Shown here: positions 18,025 to 28,213 of the stretch, piece by piece
Numbering within the stretch: the stretch's first letter is position 1
How the letters are laid out: the number at the start of each line of letters is the position of its first letter
Source of the DNA: a virus
Lineage: Duplodnaviria; Caudoviricetes
DNA: 64,000 bases
Strand: one strand, 5' to 3'
Virus record (IMG/VR): IMGVR_UViG_3300037541_000451
Coordinates: 13,730-77,729 of that record
Notes under the pieces: model-generated
Told to the model about the DNA's origin: nothing
Databases searched by the model: none
The model's input: the letters and a program-made list of their open reading frames with translations, nothing else
Program-made: the position numbers and the translations under genes

Positions 18025-21000
18025 TTAATTGTAAAACATTAAAAAATTTCCAAAAGATGTGATAACTGATACAGGTGGAGTTTTAAATGTCCACCCTAAA
18101 GTGCCATTATTAGTTGAATTAGTGCCTGCATACCACTTATCTGTTGGAGGATATGCACGGATCCCAGTAATTGTTAAGAAATCTGAAGACACCGGACCTA
18201 AACCAGTAAGGATTAGTGTTGCTGGTGATGTTGCTGAGGTACCTGTGATTGTTAAAGCCCGGCTAGAATCAATACCCGTGGCAGTAAACGTACCGACTTT
18301 TTGTGTTGTATTCCCCAGTGAAAGGGCTTTGAGTCCACTTAAATTGCTACTGATCCTAGTGAATGTATTGTTACCAGTTAGATATATTACACCTCCACCA
18401 CCGCCATTATTAAGACCACCACCCTCAATAATTAATTCATTGAATATATTATTACCGGTTACTACAATGGGTCCTGTGTTACCAAATTTGAGATTAATAT
18501 TAGAATAATCTAGATTATTTCCAGCGAAAGTATTTGTTGTAAATGCAAAACTTGCTGTGCTAAGTTGAATGGTTCCACCATTTCCAATTACTGATACATT
18601 TGAACCTGTTATATTCCAACGTGTCCCACCAATTTGCGTAAATATTGAAAAGGTTCCTGATCCGATATTAATAGTTCTTGCAACGTCTCCTGTGGAAGTG
18701 AAATTTCCACTGGTGAATGAAACGTTGTAACCATTACAATTCAAAGTCCCTGCAGTTAGTGTAATACCGGAAGATCCGACAGTACCTATAGAAAGGGCAT
18801 CCTGCAATACAACTGATCCGCCAGGAGAATTAATAATAACACCAAACGTGCTAAAGGGAACGCCTGAAGTTCGAATGCTTTGCGTTGTTCTGCCAGCAAA
18901 AGTTACGTTTATACTTGAACTTGTATAAGATATTCTAGAACTTGTAATCCAATCGCCATGTATTGTGAATTGTGGAGCAATAGTCAAACTGCTATTTGTT
19001 CGTGCAGAAGCGTCAAAAGTTCCAATGTTATACGAAGTTCCTGAAGCTATTACCGCTTCACCTCCTGAATTATTATCAATAATTGCTGTATCTTGGGCAA
19101 GAGGAAAATTAACAAGATTTGCTGTTCCACCGCTCATAGTGGCCCAATAATTTCCATTCCAAGACACAAAATCGCTCGGTCCAACCCAATATACTGTCTT
19201 TGGTGCGGTAAATGTAATTCCAGAGTTGCCTTTGCAGTTCCCAATGCGCGTACCAGATGCAGGCGCAGCAGCACCAGCAATGGTGATGTCGCAGAAGTCA
19301 ACGTCGGTCATTGATACAGCAGCGGCTGTAATGGTACGGGTGGTGCCGATGGTGTCGCTGCGGCAAAAATGCCGCATAGTAGCGTCAGTTCCTGCGGAGA
19401 AAGTGAGCGTACCTGTGACAGTTTGGTTGGCGGCAAGGACTATGTTCTTAAAGACAGCAGAGGTGATGCCGGTGAAGGACAGATTGTTAAAGCTGTTGGT
19501 TCCGTTAAGAGTTACAGTGCCTGTAGAGGTGCTTGTGAAGGCAACGTTGTAAAAGGTTTGATTGTTGCCGAAGAAAGTGGGGCTTGCGTTAGAGCAATTG
19601 ATTTGAGCCGTGCCTGAAGCAAAAGTCAAATTTGCTCTAGAAATTTCACTTGTCCCAAAACTAAAAGCTGTTGCAAGTGACAACGTAATAGTCCCGGATC
19701 CGAAATTAACGTTCCTTGGATTTTCATTATCAGAACTAAAAGATCCAGCAGTGAGATTATATGTGTTGCAATTAAATGTCCCATTTGCGACGCTAACTGC
19801 GGCTGCGCTGTTATTCAATGCACTACCAAGTGTCCACTCACATCCTACTCCGTTGATTCCAAGTGATGATGATAAGGCAACACCATTCGTCGTTAGCGTC
19901 AACCCAGACGTAGATCCCGACAAAGTAATAGCGCCTGTGTACGTCCTTGTCAGCCCCGTCGCAGGCAGCGTCACGTTGCCGTAAATGCCGTCAATAGCAG
20001 TGCTGCCTGCCAATGTCACGTTGCCGCTCGCTGGTCCTGCAATGGTCAACGACTTCATCCTAATGCCACCAGTGACAGCATTCACCGTGGCTGTGTAGGC
20101 TGTGGTGTTGGACAAACTGTCAAAGACAACATCATCATGGCTGCGAGGTACAGAAGCGCCAGAAGCGCCACCAGACACAGTAGACCAACGAGCGGTGTCG
20201 CTCCAGTTGCCTGTGCCGCCAACCCAGTAGCGTGTGCTGTCGGCTGGCTTGGCTGTGCGGTAGACAGGCGCTGCCGCCGTGCCTGTGCTGTTGGCACCGG
20301 CATAGAACTCACCTAGGCTAGTGGCAGCGAATCCAATCGAGCCCATAGCAAGGTAGTCAATGCCGCTGGTACATGCTCCTGCGAGAACATGGCTGGTGCC
20401 TGTGCCAGTAAGAGTGACCACATTACCCACCGTCCCTGTGACAGTCCACTTGCCAAAAGTCTGGTTTGTAGTGCCTAACGCAATGGTATGCGCTACGGTC
20501 TTGGTGCTGGCGAGTTCGGTAAATTGATTGTTAGTGATGATTGTTGTTGTACTGGTGCCTGTAGTACCGCCGATGGTAAGTTTGTTGTAAGACTTAAATC
20601 CACCAATAAAAGTTCTTGAATCCGTAGTATTAGCTGATAAGAGTATATTTGCTGTACCTTTAATAAGTGTAAGACTCGTATTAACGTTCCATACGTTATT
20701 ACCTTGCGCTGCTGTAAGTGTCCATAACCCCGTCCCCATTTTTAAGGTTCTTGTCGCAGAAAAAGAACTAATGAAGACTCTTGTCGTGACATTGAATGTT
20801 ACAGCATCAAAAGTCCCCGATTCTAGTGCCAATTCTGTGTTACCACCATTCAGTGTTATTGCATCAGCAAGTAACACTGTACCATTGATGCTATCAATGT
20901 ATACATTGCAACTAAAAGCATTACCATTGCTAGTGATTGTCTGGCTGCCGCGCTTGGAAAACGTTATTTTGCTTGTCGTACTTGAGCTAATGTTTCCATG

Positions 21001-23256
21001 TTTCCAATCACCATGTATACGAGGTAAAACACCTCCAGTTACATTCAACGTCATCGCGCTGGTTCGCGCAGAAGCATCAAATGCGCCTATATTCCACGCC
21101 CGTTCTATTGTTACCGTCCCTGCACCACCCGTGTTGTCAAACACCGCCGTGTCCTGAGCCAGCGGGAAGTTGTTGATGTTAGGCGTGCCGCCAGAAGAAG
21201 GCGCCCATGCCGTAGCAGACCAGTTCTGCGTGCCGGCAAGATTCCAATAAACAGTCTTTGCCGCAGGAAACGTGATGCCGCTGTTACCGCCACAGTTGCC
21301 TGCACGGGCAAGAGAAGACCCGGCAGCAGCCCCTGTGATGGCAATGTCTCTGAAGTCGCAGTCTGTGGCACTGAGCGTGCCTACGCTGAGCGTGCGGGTG
21401 GTGCCAAGGGTGTTAGAGCAAACGAAGATGCGACGGACGGGAGAGGCTCCGGCAACGGTGAGGGTGCCGGTAATGGTTTGGTTTGCGCTAAGGGGCAACA
21501 CAGTCAGACCCGCAGAAGAAGGCGCAGTTACTGACAGATTGTTGAATATATTTGACCCTGTTATAGTTATAGAGTTGACGAAAGCACTGGTAAATGAAAG
21601 ATTGTAAAAAGTTTGATTAGCAAGATTGAGTTGTGGGGCATCAGCAGACGAAACAATTGTTGATGTGCCTGCATCAAATGTTAAATTTGTGCTGTCTAAT
21701 GAAATTGTAGGATTTGGAAAATTACCAAGTGTCAATGTCACCGTACTCGAACCAAGCTTAATAGTTCTAACGTTAGAATTATTAGACACCAGCCCCGCAG
21801 CCGTAACGTTGAAGTTCTTGGTATCGAAGGTGCCGTTGTTAATAAAAAGGCGAAAATTAGGAGGGGTAAATATCGAGAGCGCATCCGCAAGTTGAACAGT
21901 CCCTCCAAGGGTATCAATCACGATATTCCAAAACGTCTTTCCTGCGCTGGTGATGGTCTGAGTATTCCGTCCAGAGAACGTCAGCTCGGACGATCCGGAC
22001 AGTGCCGTACCGGAGCCGTTCTTCCAATCTCCGTAGATTGTGAATCCGTTAATAGTCAGGTTCATGGCAGTAGTCCGACTGGACATATCCACTGTACCTG
22101 TATAAGGCACAGCAGAGTTCATCACTACTTGGCTAACCTCTCCTGCGTTAGTGAACGTGGCTGTGTCTTGTGCCAGCGGGAAAAAGTCGGTGCTGGGCGT
22201 GCCTGTGCTAGTATCAGACCAGCCATTGGCACTCCAGTTATTAGACCCGGCAAGATTCCAATACACCGTCTTGGGCGTGCTGAAGGTGATGCCTCTGCAG
22301 CCTCTCAAGTCGCCAACACGCGTGCCGCTGATGGGCGCGGCTGTGCCAATAACGTAGATGTCTCGGAAGTCTGCGTCGGTCAGGCTTGGGGCGCTGTTGA
22401 TGGTGAGGGTTTGGGCTAGTCCGTAAGTTACACCACGGAACCAGACTCGGCGGTTACCTGCTGTGCCGGTGGTGGAGAGGGTGCCGTTGATGGTCTGGCG
22501 GGAGTCGAAGGTTATTTGACGGACTCCGGCAGAAGAAGGAGCGGTAATAGACAAATTATTGTAAGTAGCTAATCCACCTATTGAGTGAGTATTTGCGCCG
22601 GTTGATGTATACGAAACATTATAGAATGTTTGATTGCCACAAGAATTAAAGGCACTCGCGGCAGTAAATATAATTTGCGATGTTCCTGCATTAAATGTTA
22701 AATTAGTAGCGTTTGCAAAATCAATATTTAATGACAGTGTTACTGTGCTGCTGCCCAGATTTATTGTTCTAAGATTAACATTACTAGATTGAAAAGAAGC
22801 GGCCGTAACATTAAAATTTGCCGTAGTAAATGTTCCTTGAGTGACGGTTATCGCGCCTGAAGATGTCAAAGCATCACCAAGCGTCACAGTGATACCAGCC
22901 CCGTTGATCGTCAACGGTCCGATAGTTTTCCCTGCCGTGGTCAGCGTAGCCGTTGCATTCAACGTCAGCGTGCCGCTGTACGTCACCGTCATCCCCGCCA
23001 CAAGCGTGATACTACCAGACACGGTAATGGCTGAGCTACCCGCCAACGTTCCCGTAAATCCTGTGCAGTTGATGGACTTGGCACCAGTGTTGCCGGTAGA
23101 GATGGTGCAGGTGCCGGTGGACAGGTTCGTAAAGAACACATCATCAGCACTAGTAGGGACGCTTGCTCCTCCAGCGCCACCAGACGCAGTAGCCCACTTC
23201 GTCCCAGCAGTACCGTCCCAGTTTGCTGTGCCACCGACCCAATATCTATCTGCCAT
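18025..23256 (-). CDS. Large repetitive beta-helix adhesin/fibre protein (1743 aa, five modules)
   Basis: Five YW..G..NW...W...SGG...P...D..F module starts; Thr/Gly/Asn-rich. Confidence 0.7.
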   Translation of the reverse strand: MADRYWVGGTANWDGTAGTKWATASGGAGGASVPTSADDVFFTNLSTGTCTISTGNTGAKSINCTGFTGTLAGSSAITVSGSITLVAGMTVTYSGTLTLNATATLTTAGKTIGPLTINGAGITVTLGDALTSSGAITVTQGTFTTANFNVTAASFQSSNVNLRTINLGSSTVTLSLNIDFANATNLTFNAGTSQIIFTAASAFNSCGNQTFYNVSYTSTGANTHSIGGLATYNNLSITAPSSAGVRQITFDSRQTINGTLSTTGTAGNRRVWFRGVTYGLAQTLTINSAPSLTDADFRDIYVIGTAAPISGTRVGDLRGCRGITFSTPKTVYWNLAGSNNWSANGWSDTSTGTPSTDFFPLAQDTATFTNAGEVSQVVMNSAVPYTGTVDMSSRTTAMNLTINGFTIYGDWKNGSGTALSGSSELTFSGRNTQTITSAGKTFWNIVIDTLGGTVQLADALSIFTPPNFRLFINNGTFDTKNFNVTAAGLVSNNSNVRTIKLGSSTVTLTLGNFPNPTISLDSTNLTFDAGTSTIVSSADAPQLNLANQTFYNLSFTSAFVNSITITGSNIFNNLSVTAPSSAGLTVLPLSANQTITGTLTVAGASPVRRIFVCSNTLGTTRTLSVGTLSATDCDFRDIAITGAAAGSSLARAGNCGGNSGITFPAAKTVYWNLAGTQNWSATAWAPSSGGTPNINNFPLAQDTAVFDNTGGAGTVTIERAWNIGAFDASARTSAMTLNVTGGVLPRIHGDWKHGNISSSTTSKITFSKRGSQTITSNGNAFSCNVYIDSINGTVLLADAITLNGGNTELALESGTFDAVTFNVTTRVFISSFSATRTLKMGTGLWTLTAAQGNNVWNVNTSLTLIKGTANILLSANTTDSRTFIGGFKSYNKLTIGGTTGTSTTTIITNNQFTELASTKTVAHTIALGTTNQTFGKWTVTGTVGNVVTLTGTGTSHVLAGACTSGIDYLAMGSIGFAATSLGEFYAGANSTGTAAAPVYRTAKPADSTRYWVGGTGNWSDTARWSTVSGGASGASVPRSHDDVVFDSLSNTTAYTATVNAVTGGIRMKSLTIAGPASGNVTLAGSTAIDGIYGNVTLPATGLTRTYTGAITLSGSTSGLTLTTNGVALSSSLGINGVGCEWTLGSALNNSAAAVSVANGTFNCNTYNLTAGSFSSDNENPRNVNFGSGTITLSLATAFSFGTSEISRANLTFASGTAQINCSNASPTFFGNNQTFYNVAFTSTSTGTVTLNGTNSFNNLSFTGITSAVFKNIVLAANQTVTGTLTFSAGTDATMRHFCRSDTIGTTRTITAAAVSMTDVDFCDITIAGAAAPASGTRIGNCKGNSGITFTAPKTVYWVGPSDFVSWNGNYWATMSGGTANLVNFPLAQDTAIIDNNSGGEAVIASGTSYNIGTFDASARTNSSLTIAPQFTIHGDWITSSRISYTSSSINVTFAGRTTQSIRTSGVPFSTFGVIINSPGGSVVLQDALSIGTVGSSGITLTAGTLNCNGYNVSFTSGNFTSTGDVARTINIGSGTFSIFTQIGGTRWNITGSNVSVIGNGGTIQLSTASFAFTTNTFAGNNLDYSNINLKFGNTGPIVVTGNNIFNELIIEGGGLNNGGGGGVIYLTGNNTFTRISSNLSGLKALSLGNTTQKVGTFTATGIDSSRALTITGTSATSPATLILTGLGPVSSDFLTITGIRAYPPTDKWYAGTNSTNNGTLGWTFKTPPVSVITSFGNFLMFYN

Positions 23257-23549
23257 TATTGCACCTTAAAGTACCATGTACCGTTAACTTCTATTAATTT
23301 AGCTCCGGTTGGCGGAACACCTGTTAGTCTTTTATAAGCCTCGCCAGAAATTTCAATATCATCAGTAATTAAAGGAACTTCCGAGATTTGATTAATTGTT
23401 GGATTTTCTAAGACTGAAATCCAATTATCAAGTCTTTGCTGCTTCATTTGTTGGATTTCATCATTTGAAAAAGAATGATCATATGGTAAATATAATGCAT
23501 CTTTAAATACACCATATTTAGTTTGAAATTCGAACTCAATTTTATACAT
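23256..23549 (-). CDS. Hypothetical protein (fibre-associated)
   Basis: Coupled to the adhesin start. Confidence 0.65.
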   Translation of the reverse strand: MYKIEFEFQTKYGVFKDALYLPYDHSFSNDEIQQMKQQRLDNWISVLENPTINQISEVPLITDDIEISGEAYKRLTGVPPTGAKLIEVNGTWYFKVQ

Positions 23550-23556
23550 TATATCC

Positions 23557-24042
23557 TCATACTTCTGTTGTTACAGCAATAACATCCCATCTGACATCAT
23601 TTAAATTATAAATAACTCCGACATATAGAGTTTTATTTGGAGTTGTAGATGTTGGCAAAGTAACACCAATAGCTCTGAAAGATTTGCTAGAACCTGTTGT
23701 CCAAGTTAATGTCCTCGCAGTTCCATTATCTTTAAACCTAAATATAACCTTTTCGCCATTTGGAGGAGAACCACTATCAGCAGATATTGTAATATTTTCA
23801 GCTAAAGCTGTTAAAATATAAGTATCATAATTATCGCTATTCCACGAGAATGGTGAACTACTAGATGTAGCAGAGCTTACTAGACTTCTTTGAGTATTTA
23901 ATGTTTTTATAGTATTTACATTATCTTTATAATACAACAAACCATCAGTGTAGTTAAGGCCTAATTCACCATAAGCTAATTCACCAGCGGTAGGAGAGTC
24001 TCCAGCAGTAGCCGATCTTTTCAAAAGTATTGTATTTGGCAT
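23557..24042 (-). CDS. Fibre protein with Mtd-like N-terminal domain
   Basis: ILLKRSATAG..P..GELAYGELGLNYTDGLLYYKD. Confidence 0.65.
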   Translation of the reverse strand: MPNTILLKRSATAGDSPTAGELAYGELGLNYTDGLLYYKDNVNTIKTLNTQRSLVSSATSSSSPFSWNSDNYDTYILTALAENITISADSGSPPNGEKVIFRFKDNGTARTLTWTTGSSKSFRAIGVTLPTSTTPNKTLYVGVIYNLNDVRWDVIAVTTEV

Positions 24043-24071
24043 GATCCACCTTTATACAGGTGATCTTGAAA

Positions 24072-25580
24072 TTAGAATGTACCGCCATCGATAGTAATAC
24101 TATCGATAGTACCACCAGTAATTGAAACATTACTTGAAGCTTGAGTAGCCATTGTACCTAAGCCAAGAGTAGTTCTTGCAGCAGACGCATCAGCATCATC
24201 AATTAAAGACCGACCAAATGCAGAAAAATCTGTAGTAGATACAGCTGAAGAGCTTGAAAAATAAGGTAACTTATCTGCAGCTAACGTCACACCGCTAAAT
24301 GCTGCAATAGAAGCATTTAAAGCTAAAGTAGGATCCCCAGAAACACCATTACCATTAGTAACTGTAATTCCATTTCCAGTAACTGCAACTGATCTAGCTG
24401 AAACAGTTCCAGAACCTGTTCTTACAAAAATACCATTATCAGCTAAATTATGCAAAGCTAAAGCTTGACCTGTAAGACCGATACTATCTACACCAACGAT
24501 AATACCTGTACCTGCGCCGACATCAAACGTATTTCCAGTTTTTGTTAAGCCAGCACCGGCTTCAATCTGCCCTGCTCCACTGAATTGAACAAATGTAAGA
24601 CTTGTAGAACCTATAGATATAGTAGCATTGGTCGTGAGTACCCATCCACTATCAGCATTGACAGTCCCTTCTTCAACAAATGTAAATGCTCCAGGAGTCA
24701 CTTCAGCATCGCTATCGAAGTCATTGGCTCTAACCCATGAGCCTGCTTGTACTAAATAAATACCATTTTGAGAAGCTGTGCTTTGATTTTTAACAAGTAC
24801 GCGATCATCAGCTACAACAGCTATGTCGTCAATTGTTTGAGTGCCACTTAAAGTGATATTAGCTGTTGTTGCAGCTTTTACGCTTTGCTTAACATCAAGA
24901 CCTGATCTAGCAGAATCAACATAATTTTTAGTAGCTGCATCAGTAGCCGCTGTAGGTTCTGCAAGTCCTGTAATTTTTTGGTTATTAAGGCTAACGGAAG
25001 CTGTAGGTACCGCCATTTGATCAAGACGGTTAGTCCTGACTTGTGTATCAAAGTTAGTAATTTTTGCAGCAGTTAAAGAAGGAATATCAGTATCTGCTAA
25101 AGTCGTACCAGCCGTTGCAAGACCTTTTGAATTAACTGTAAATTTTGTATAAGTGCCCGCAGAAATTCCAGTATTAGCTAGGGTTAAGACGATCGCAGTA
25201 GAACCACTACCTGTAGCGTCACCAGAAATTGTAATGTTTTGATTTGCTGTTAAATAACCTTGATTTTTTACGAAAGCTGTAGTTGCAAGATTAGTACTAT
25301 TATCAGAGTTACTAACAGTTGTAGCAGTAGCAGTACCTAAAGTTGTACTACCTAAAAATATTTTATTACCAGAAACTGTTTGACTACCAGTCAATGCAAG
25401 AAAAGCACCATTACCAGCAATTGCTTCTACTGTTGTTGCAGTGCCACCAGCCCCGCCTGTGCCTTTACCATAATAAAGTACATTATCGACTTCATTAAAA
25501 GCTAATTCAGCATTTGCAAGTAAAGCCGGAGAGCCTGCTGCACCACTAGCTCTTCTTTTAATACGCAGAGTATTTGCCAT
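24072..25580 (-). CDS. Fibre protein with Mtd-like N-terminal domain
   Basis: LRIKRRASG..GSP..LANAELAFNEVDNVLYYG; DAATKNYVD; GDRVLVKNQ-type region. Confidence 0.75.
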   Translation of the reverse strand: MANTLRIKRRASGAAGSPALLANAELAFNEVDNVLYYGKGTGGAGGTATTVEAIAGNGAFLALTGSQTVSGNKIFLGSTTLGTATATTVSNSDNSTNLATTAFVKNQGYLTANQNITISGDATGSGSTAIVLTLANTGISAGTYTKFTVNSKGLATAGTTLADTDIPSLTAAKITNFDTQVRTNRLDQMAVPTASVSLNNQKITGLAEPTAATDAATKNYVDSARSGLDVKQSVKAATTANITLSGTQTIDDIAVVADDRVLVKNQSTASQNGIYLVQAGSWVRANDFDSDAEVTPGAFTFVEEGTVNADSGWVLTTNATISIGSTSLTFVQFSGAGQIEAGAGLTKTGNTFDVGAGTGIIVGVDSIGLTGQALALHNLADNGIFVRTGSGTVSARSVAVTGNGITVTNGNGVSGDPTLALNASIAAFSGVTLAADKLPYFSSSSAVSTTDFSAFGRSLIDDADASAARTTLGLGTMATQASSNVSITGGTIDSITIDGGTF

Positions 25581-25589
25581 TTTAACGCC

Positions 25590-25835
25590 TTAAAAATTTC
25601 CACCATCAGTTAAAAGCTCTTGAGCTCTATTTATCCATTTGTCTGTAGCAAAAACAAGTGTATCATTGTTTTGCAAAGTACTCAATTCAAAGGGATAACC
25701 ACCAATATTGCTTTCGCCAGGCTCCCCTTGTGGACCTTGTATTCCAGGAATTCCACTATGTACAATGCTAGTTATCTTGGAATTAGTTTGTATAATATTG
25801 TTTACTTTATCGCTAATAACGACTAATTGTGTCAT
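25590..25835 (-). CDS. Small collagen-repeat protein
   Basis: GIPGIQGPQGEPG. Confidence 0.65.
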   Translation of the reverse strand: MTQLVVISDKVNNIIQTNSKITSIVHSGIPGIQGPQGEPGESNIGGYPFELSTLQNNDTLVFATDKWINRAQELLTDGGNF

Positions 25836-26416
25836 CTTGTAACTTCTCTTTCTAATATAATATTACCATTTAATAAAGGGATGATATTATTATTAAGGAC
25901 AACTTCTAAACTGTAAACAGCATTTGTAAAAGTAAAATTTTGAGTAACAGAGCTAGAAATTAAAAGATCAATTGTTTTATTGATATTATCAACTGCAATG
26001 CCACCATTTTCAGTGGTCATGCTATGCAACACATTTGAATTATTAATAGTAGCTCTAATTTGCATTCTAGCAGTCATGCCTGACATATTAACAGGTTCAT
26101 AATACTGAAGTATACCGCCAGATATATATGTAGCAAATTCAGTAGCATTAACTGCATTTATATTAATTAAGTCAGCATTTGAGTTAATAGCCGTTTGCCA
26201 GCCTAGCTTATTAACTTCTTCCATTCCTTTTACACCAGAGATATTAATTCTCCAGCCTTCAGGAACACCATGACCAATTGCGGTAATACCAATCGGGGCT
26301 GTTTTGGCTATATTTGTAATAGTTTTGTAAATTAATTTATCGGATTCCCAACGAAGTGGATACTTAAAAGTAGATCCTTGATAAATTTTAAAATCAATTC
26401 TTGCAGGCTCTGACAT
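25832..26416 (-). CDS. Virion appendage/adaptor-like protein
   Basis: DFKIYQGSTF...ARMQIR...AVYSLEV motifs typical of phage adaptor beta-sandwich proteins. Confidence 0.55.
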   Translation of the reverse strand: MSEPARIDFKIYQGSTFKYPLRWESDKLIYKTITNIAKTAPIGITAIGHGVPEGWRINISGVKGMEEVNKLGWQTAINSNADLININAVNATEFATYISGGILQYYEPVNMSGMTARMQIRATINNSNVLHSMTTENGGIAVDNINKTIDLLISSSVTQNFTFTNAVYSLEVVLNNNIIPLLNGNIILEREVTR

Positions 26417-26490
26417 ATTATCTCCTAAATTTATAATAAATTTCCCAGAATTTATCTTTTAAATATTGAATTACTTTTTTCATTATTACC

Positions 26491-27084
26491 TCAAACATCA
26501 ATTACCAAGTCAGTTGGGCTGAAAAGAAGTTCAACCATGCCTCTTATAGGTTTCCATGTGCTTCTGAAGCTACTAGATACAGGCTCTGTGACTCGTAATT
26601 CAAAAAAGCCGTAGACAGCTTGTTCAACTGTTGGTTCTATTTCCCAAGTAGAACCTAAATTTGATAGGAATTGAATGTAAATAATATTTAATGCTGTTTC
26701 TACCCAAGTACTATCTAATGACGGCACAGTAGAATTAACTCTACTTGTACCATTTAATAAGAAATAGTAAGTATCAGCATACTTTACGATTTGATTCTTA
26801 CTATAAGCAGTTGCAGTATTCCAATTACCTACGAAATTAGGAGTCCTAACAGATAGTGTAGTTTGTGCACCACTAGGCTTAATACTTACAGGTCTATCAA
26901 GAACACCAGGCTTATTTAAAGCTTCAAGTATAACAGCTTCAAATATGTAGCCGCTAGTAGCATCCTTAAGGAAATCAAGTGTAATAGGAAACTCTAGCTG
27001 TTCTCCTTTTACAAAAGACCAGAGAACTGCACCTGAGTCTGTAATCAAGTCATCTGTTGTATCAACTAACCTTGACCTTGCCAT
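26491..27084 (-). CDS. Virion structural protein with short carbohydrate-binding-like insert
   Basis: GNWNTATAYSKNQIVKY insert; position in fibre block. Confidence 0.5.
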   Translation of the reverse strand: MARSRLVDTTDDLITDSGAVLWSFVKGEQLEFPITLDFLKDATSGYIFEAVILEALNKPGVLDRPVSIKPSGAQTTLSVRTPNFVGNWNTATAYSKNQIVKYADTYYFLLNGTSRVNSTVPSLDSTWVETALNIIYIQFLSNLGSTWEIEPTVEQAVYGFFELRVTEPVSSSFRSTWKPIRGMVELLFSPTDLVIDV

Positions 27085-27100
27085 ATTTTCTCCTAAAGTT

Positions 27101-27126
27101 GGCGGCCGACATTTCTATCGGCCGCC
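27101..27126. terminator. GC-rich intergenic hairpin
   Basis: 9-bp stem GGCGGCCGA/TCGGCCGCC; T-run follows on the plus strand, weak on the minus. Confidence 0.55.
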
Positions 27127-27151
27127 CTTTTGTTAAATCTGCGCTACCAAT

Positions 27152-27400
27152 TTAAGGAAACATTTCAGTTGCTGGCCACCAGCCCAGGTCCGCCTCGACG
27201 CCAACATCATCGGGGGATACAAACACCCATCGACCATCTGCGATCTCTTGCGGGATTGCCCAGCGCTCGGTGACTTGTGCGCTGGGGTCTGGCAAACCAG
27301 TGGCGGCGTTGGTGCCGATCTTTGAGTAGCCCATGTTGTTGGCGATCTGTGCTTCGGCCGTAAGGGCTTCTGCTTCGGTGTTGAATACTCTGTATTTCAT
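27152..27400 (-). CDS. Small fibre-associated hypothetical protein
   Basis: GAGG SD; VTERWAIP..IADGRW. Confidence 0.65.
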   Translation of the reverse strand: MKYRVFNTEAEALTAEAQIANNMGYSKIGTNAATGLPDPSAQVTERWAIPQEIADGRWVFVSPDDVGVEADLGWWPATEMFP

Positions 27401-27409
27401 GGTTGCTCC

Positions 27410-28213
27410 TCAAACCGTGGGCGGGGTTGACTTAAAGGGGTGATCGGCGGGCAGGTTGGCCTCAAGGCCCCACTTCCACGCTAGGTAGCCTTCGAGTTTC
27501 TGGCGGTCAGCGGTCTGAGTACTGGTAGTGGTGACAACCAATTCGCTGAGATCAAACGCGCCACTGTTACTAGGTTCGCCTACTCGATATGGGCCAATCT
27601 CTGTTGTAGATGCCGTGTTTGTTGGTGCTACCGCCCCAGTATTAGAATTTACAACGGCGCCATTCATGGAAATCGTGTGAATGTTATTGTCGGACTGCCC
27701 CGCCACTATTGACCAATTTGCTCCACTACCAGACGATAAAGCCGCGGGAGCTGACCCATAAGTATATTCGTAAGCGCGACTATCGTTTATATTAATAGCA
27801 ACAGCCTGATCAGTGCCAGCAAGTTTGCTAGTAATGATGCCTCCGTACCCACCGCTATTTTCTTTCGCTACCGCAATTATTATGCGGTTCGTGGAATCCA
27901 AGAACCTACTAGCGATTGACATAAGATCATTCACGCCATCAAATGTCAGTGCCGGCTTTCCTCCAAGGAGTGTGGCGTTATAAGCCGGCTGGTTGGCCGC
28001 GGTCGCTTGCGTAGCATTCCGAGAATTCCCAGACTTATCGTTCCACTGACTAACCGTGCTGCCGTTAAGAATGATGCTCGCGGTATCTTCAGCATCCAAC
28101 CACAGCGCCAGCGTCGAACCGAGTTGATCCGGACGCCACAAGCGCGGACCACCAAAGGGGCGACCGTCCCACCGATAGGGATGCGTGTAAGGAAGGTTGC
28201 GTAAAAGACTCAT
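27410..28213 (-). CDS. Lectin/LamG-like repeat-domain protein (one module)
   Basis: LALWLDA...VSQWNDKSGN...ATAANQP...DRQKLEGYLAWKWGL. Confidence 0.7.
   Translation of the reverse strand: MSLLRNLPYTHPYRWDGRPFGGPRLWRPDQLGSTLALWLDAEDTASIILNGSTVSQWNDKSGNSRNATQATAANQPAYNATLLGGKPALTFDGVNDLMSIASRFLDSTNRIIIAVAKENSGGYGGIITSKLAGTDQAVAININDSRAYEYTYGSAPAALSSGSGANWSIVAGQSDNNIHTISMNGAVVNSNTGAVAPTNTASTTEIGPYRVGEPSNSGAFDLSELVVTTTSTQTADRQKLEGYLAWKWGLEANLPADHPFKSTPPTV

Noticed and set aside
18059-23269. Many plus-strand ORFs within the adhesin gene
   Set aside because: Antisense frames opened by GC-rich, low-complexity codons; no SDs or motifs.
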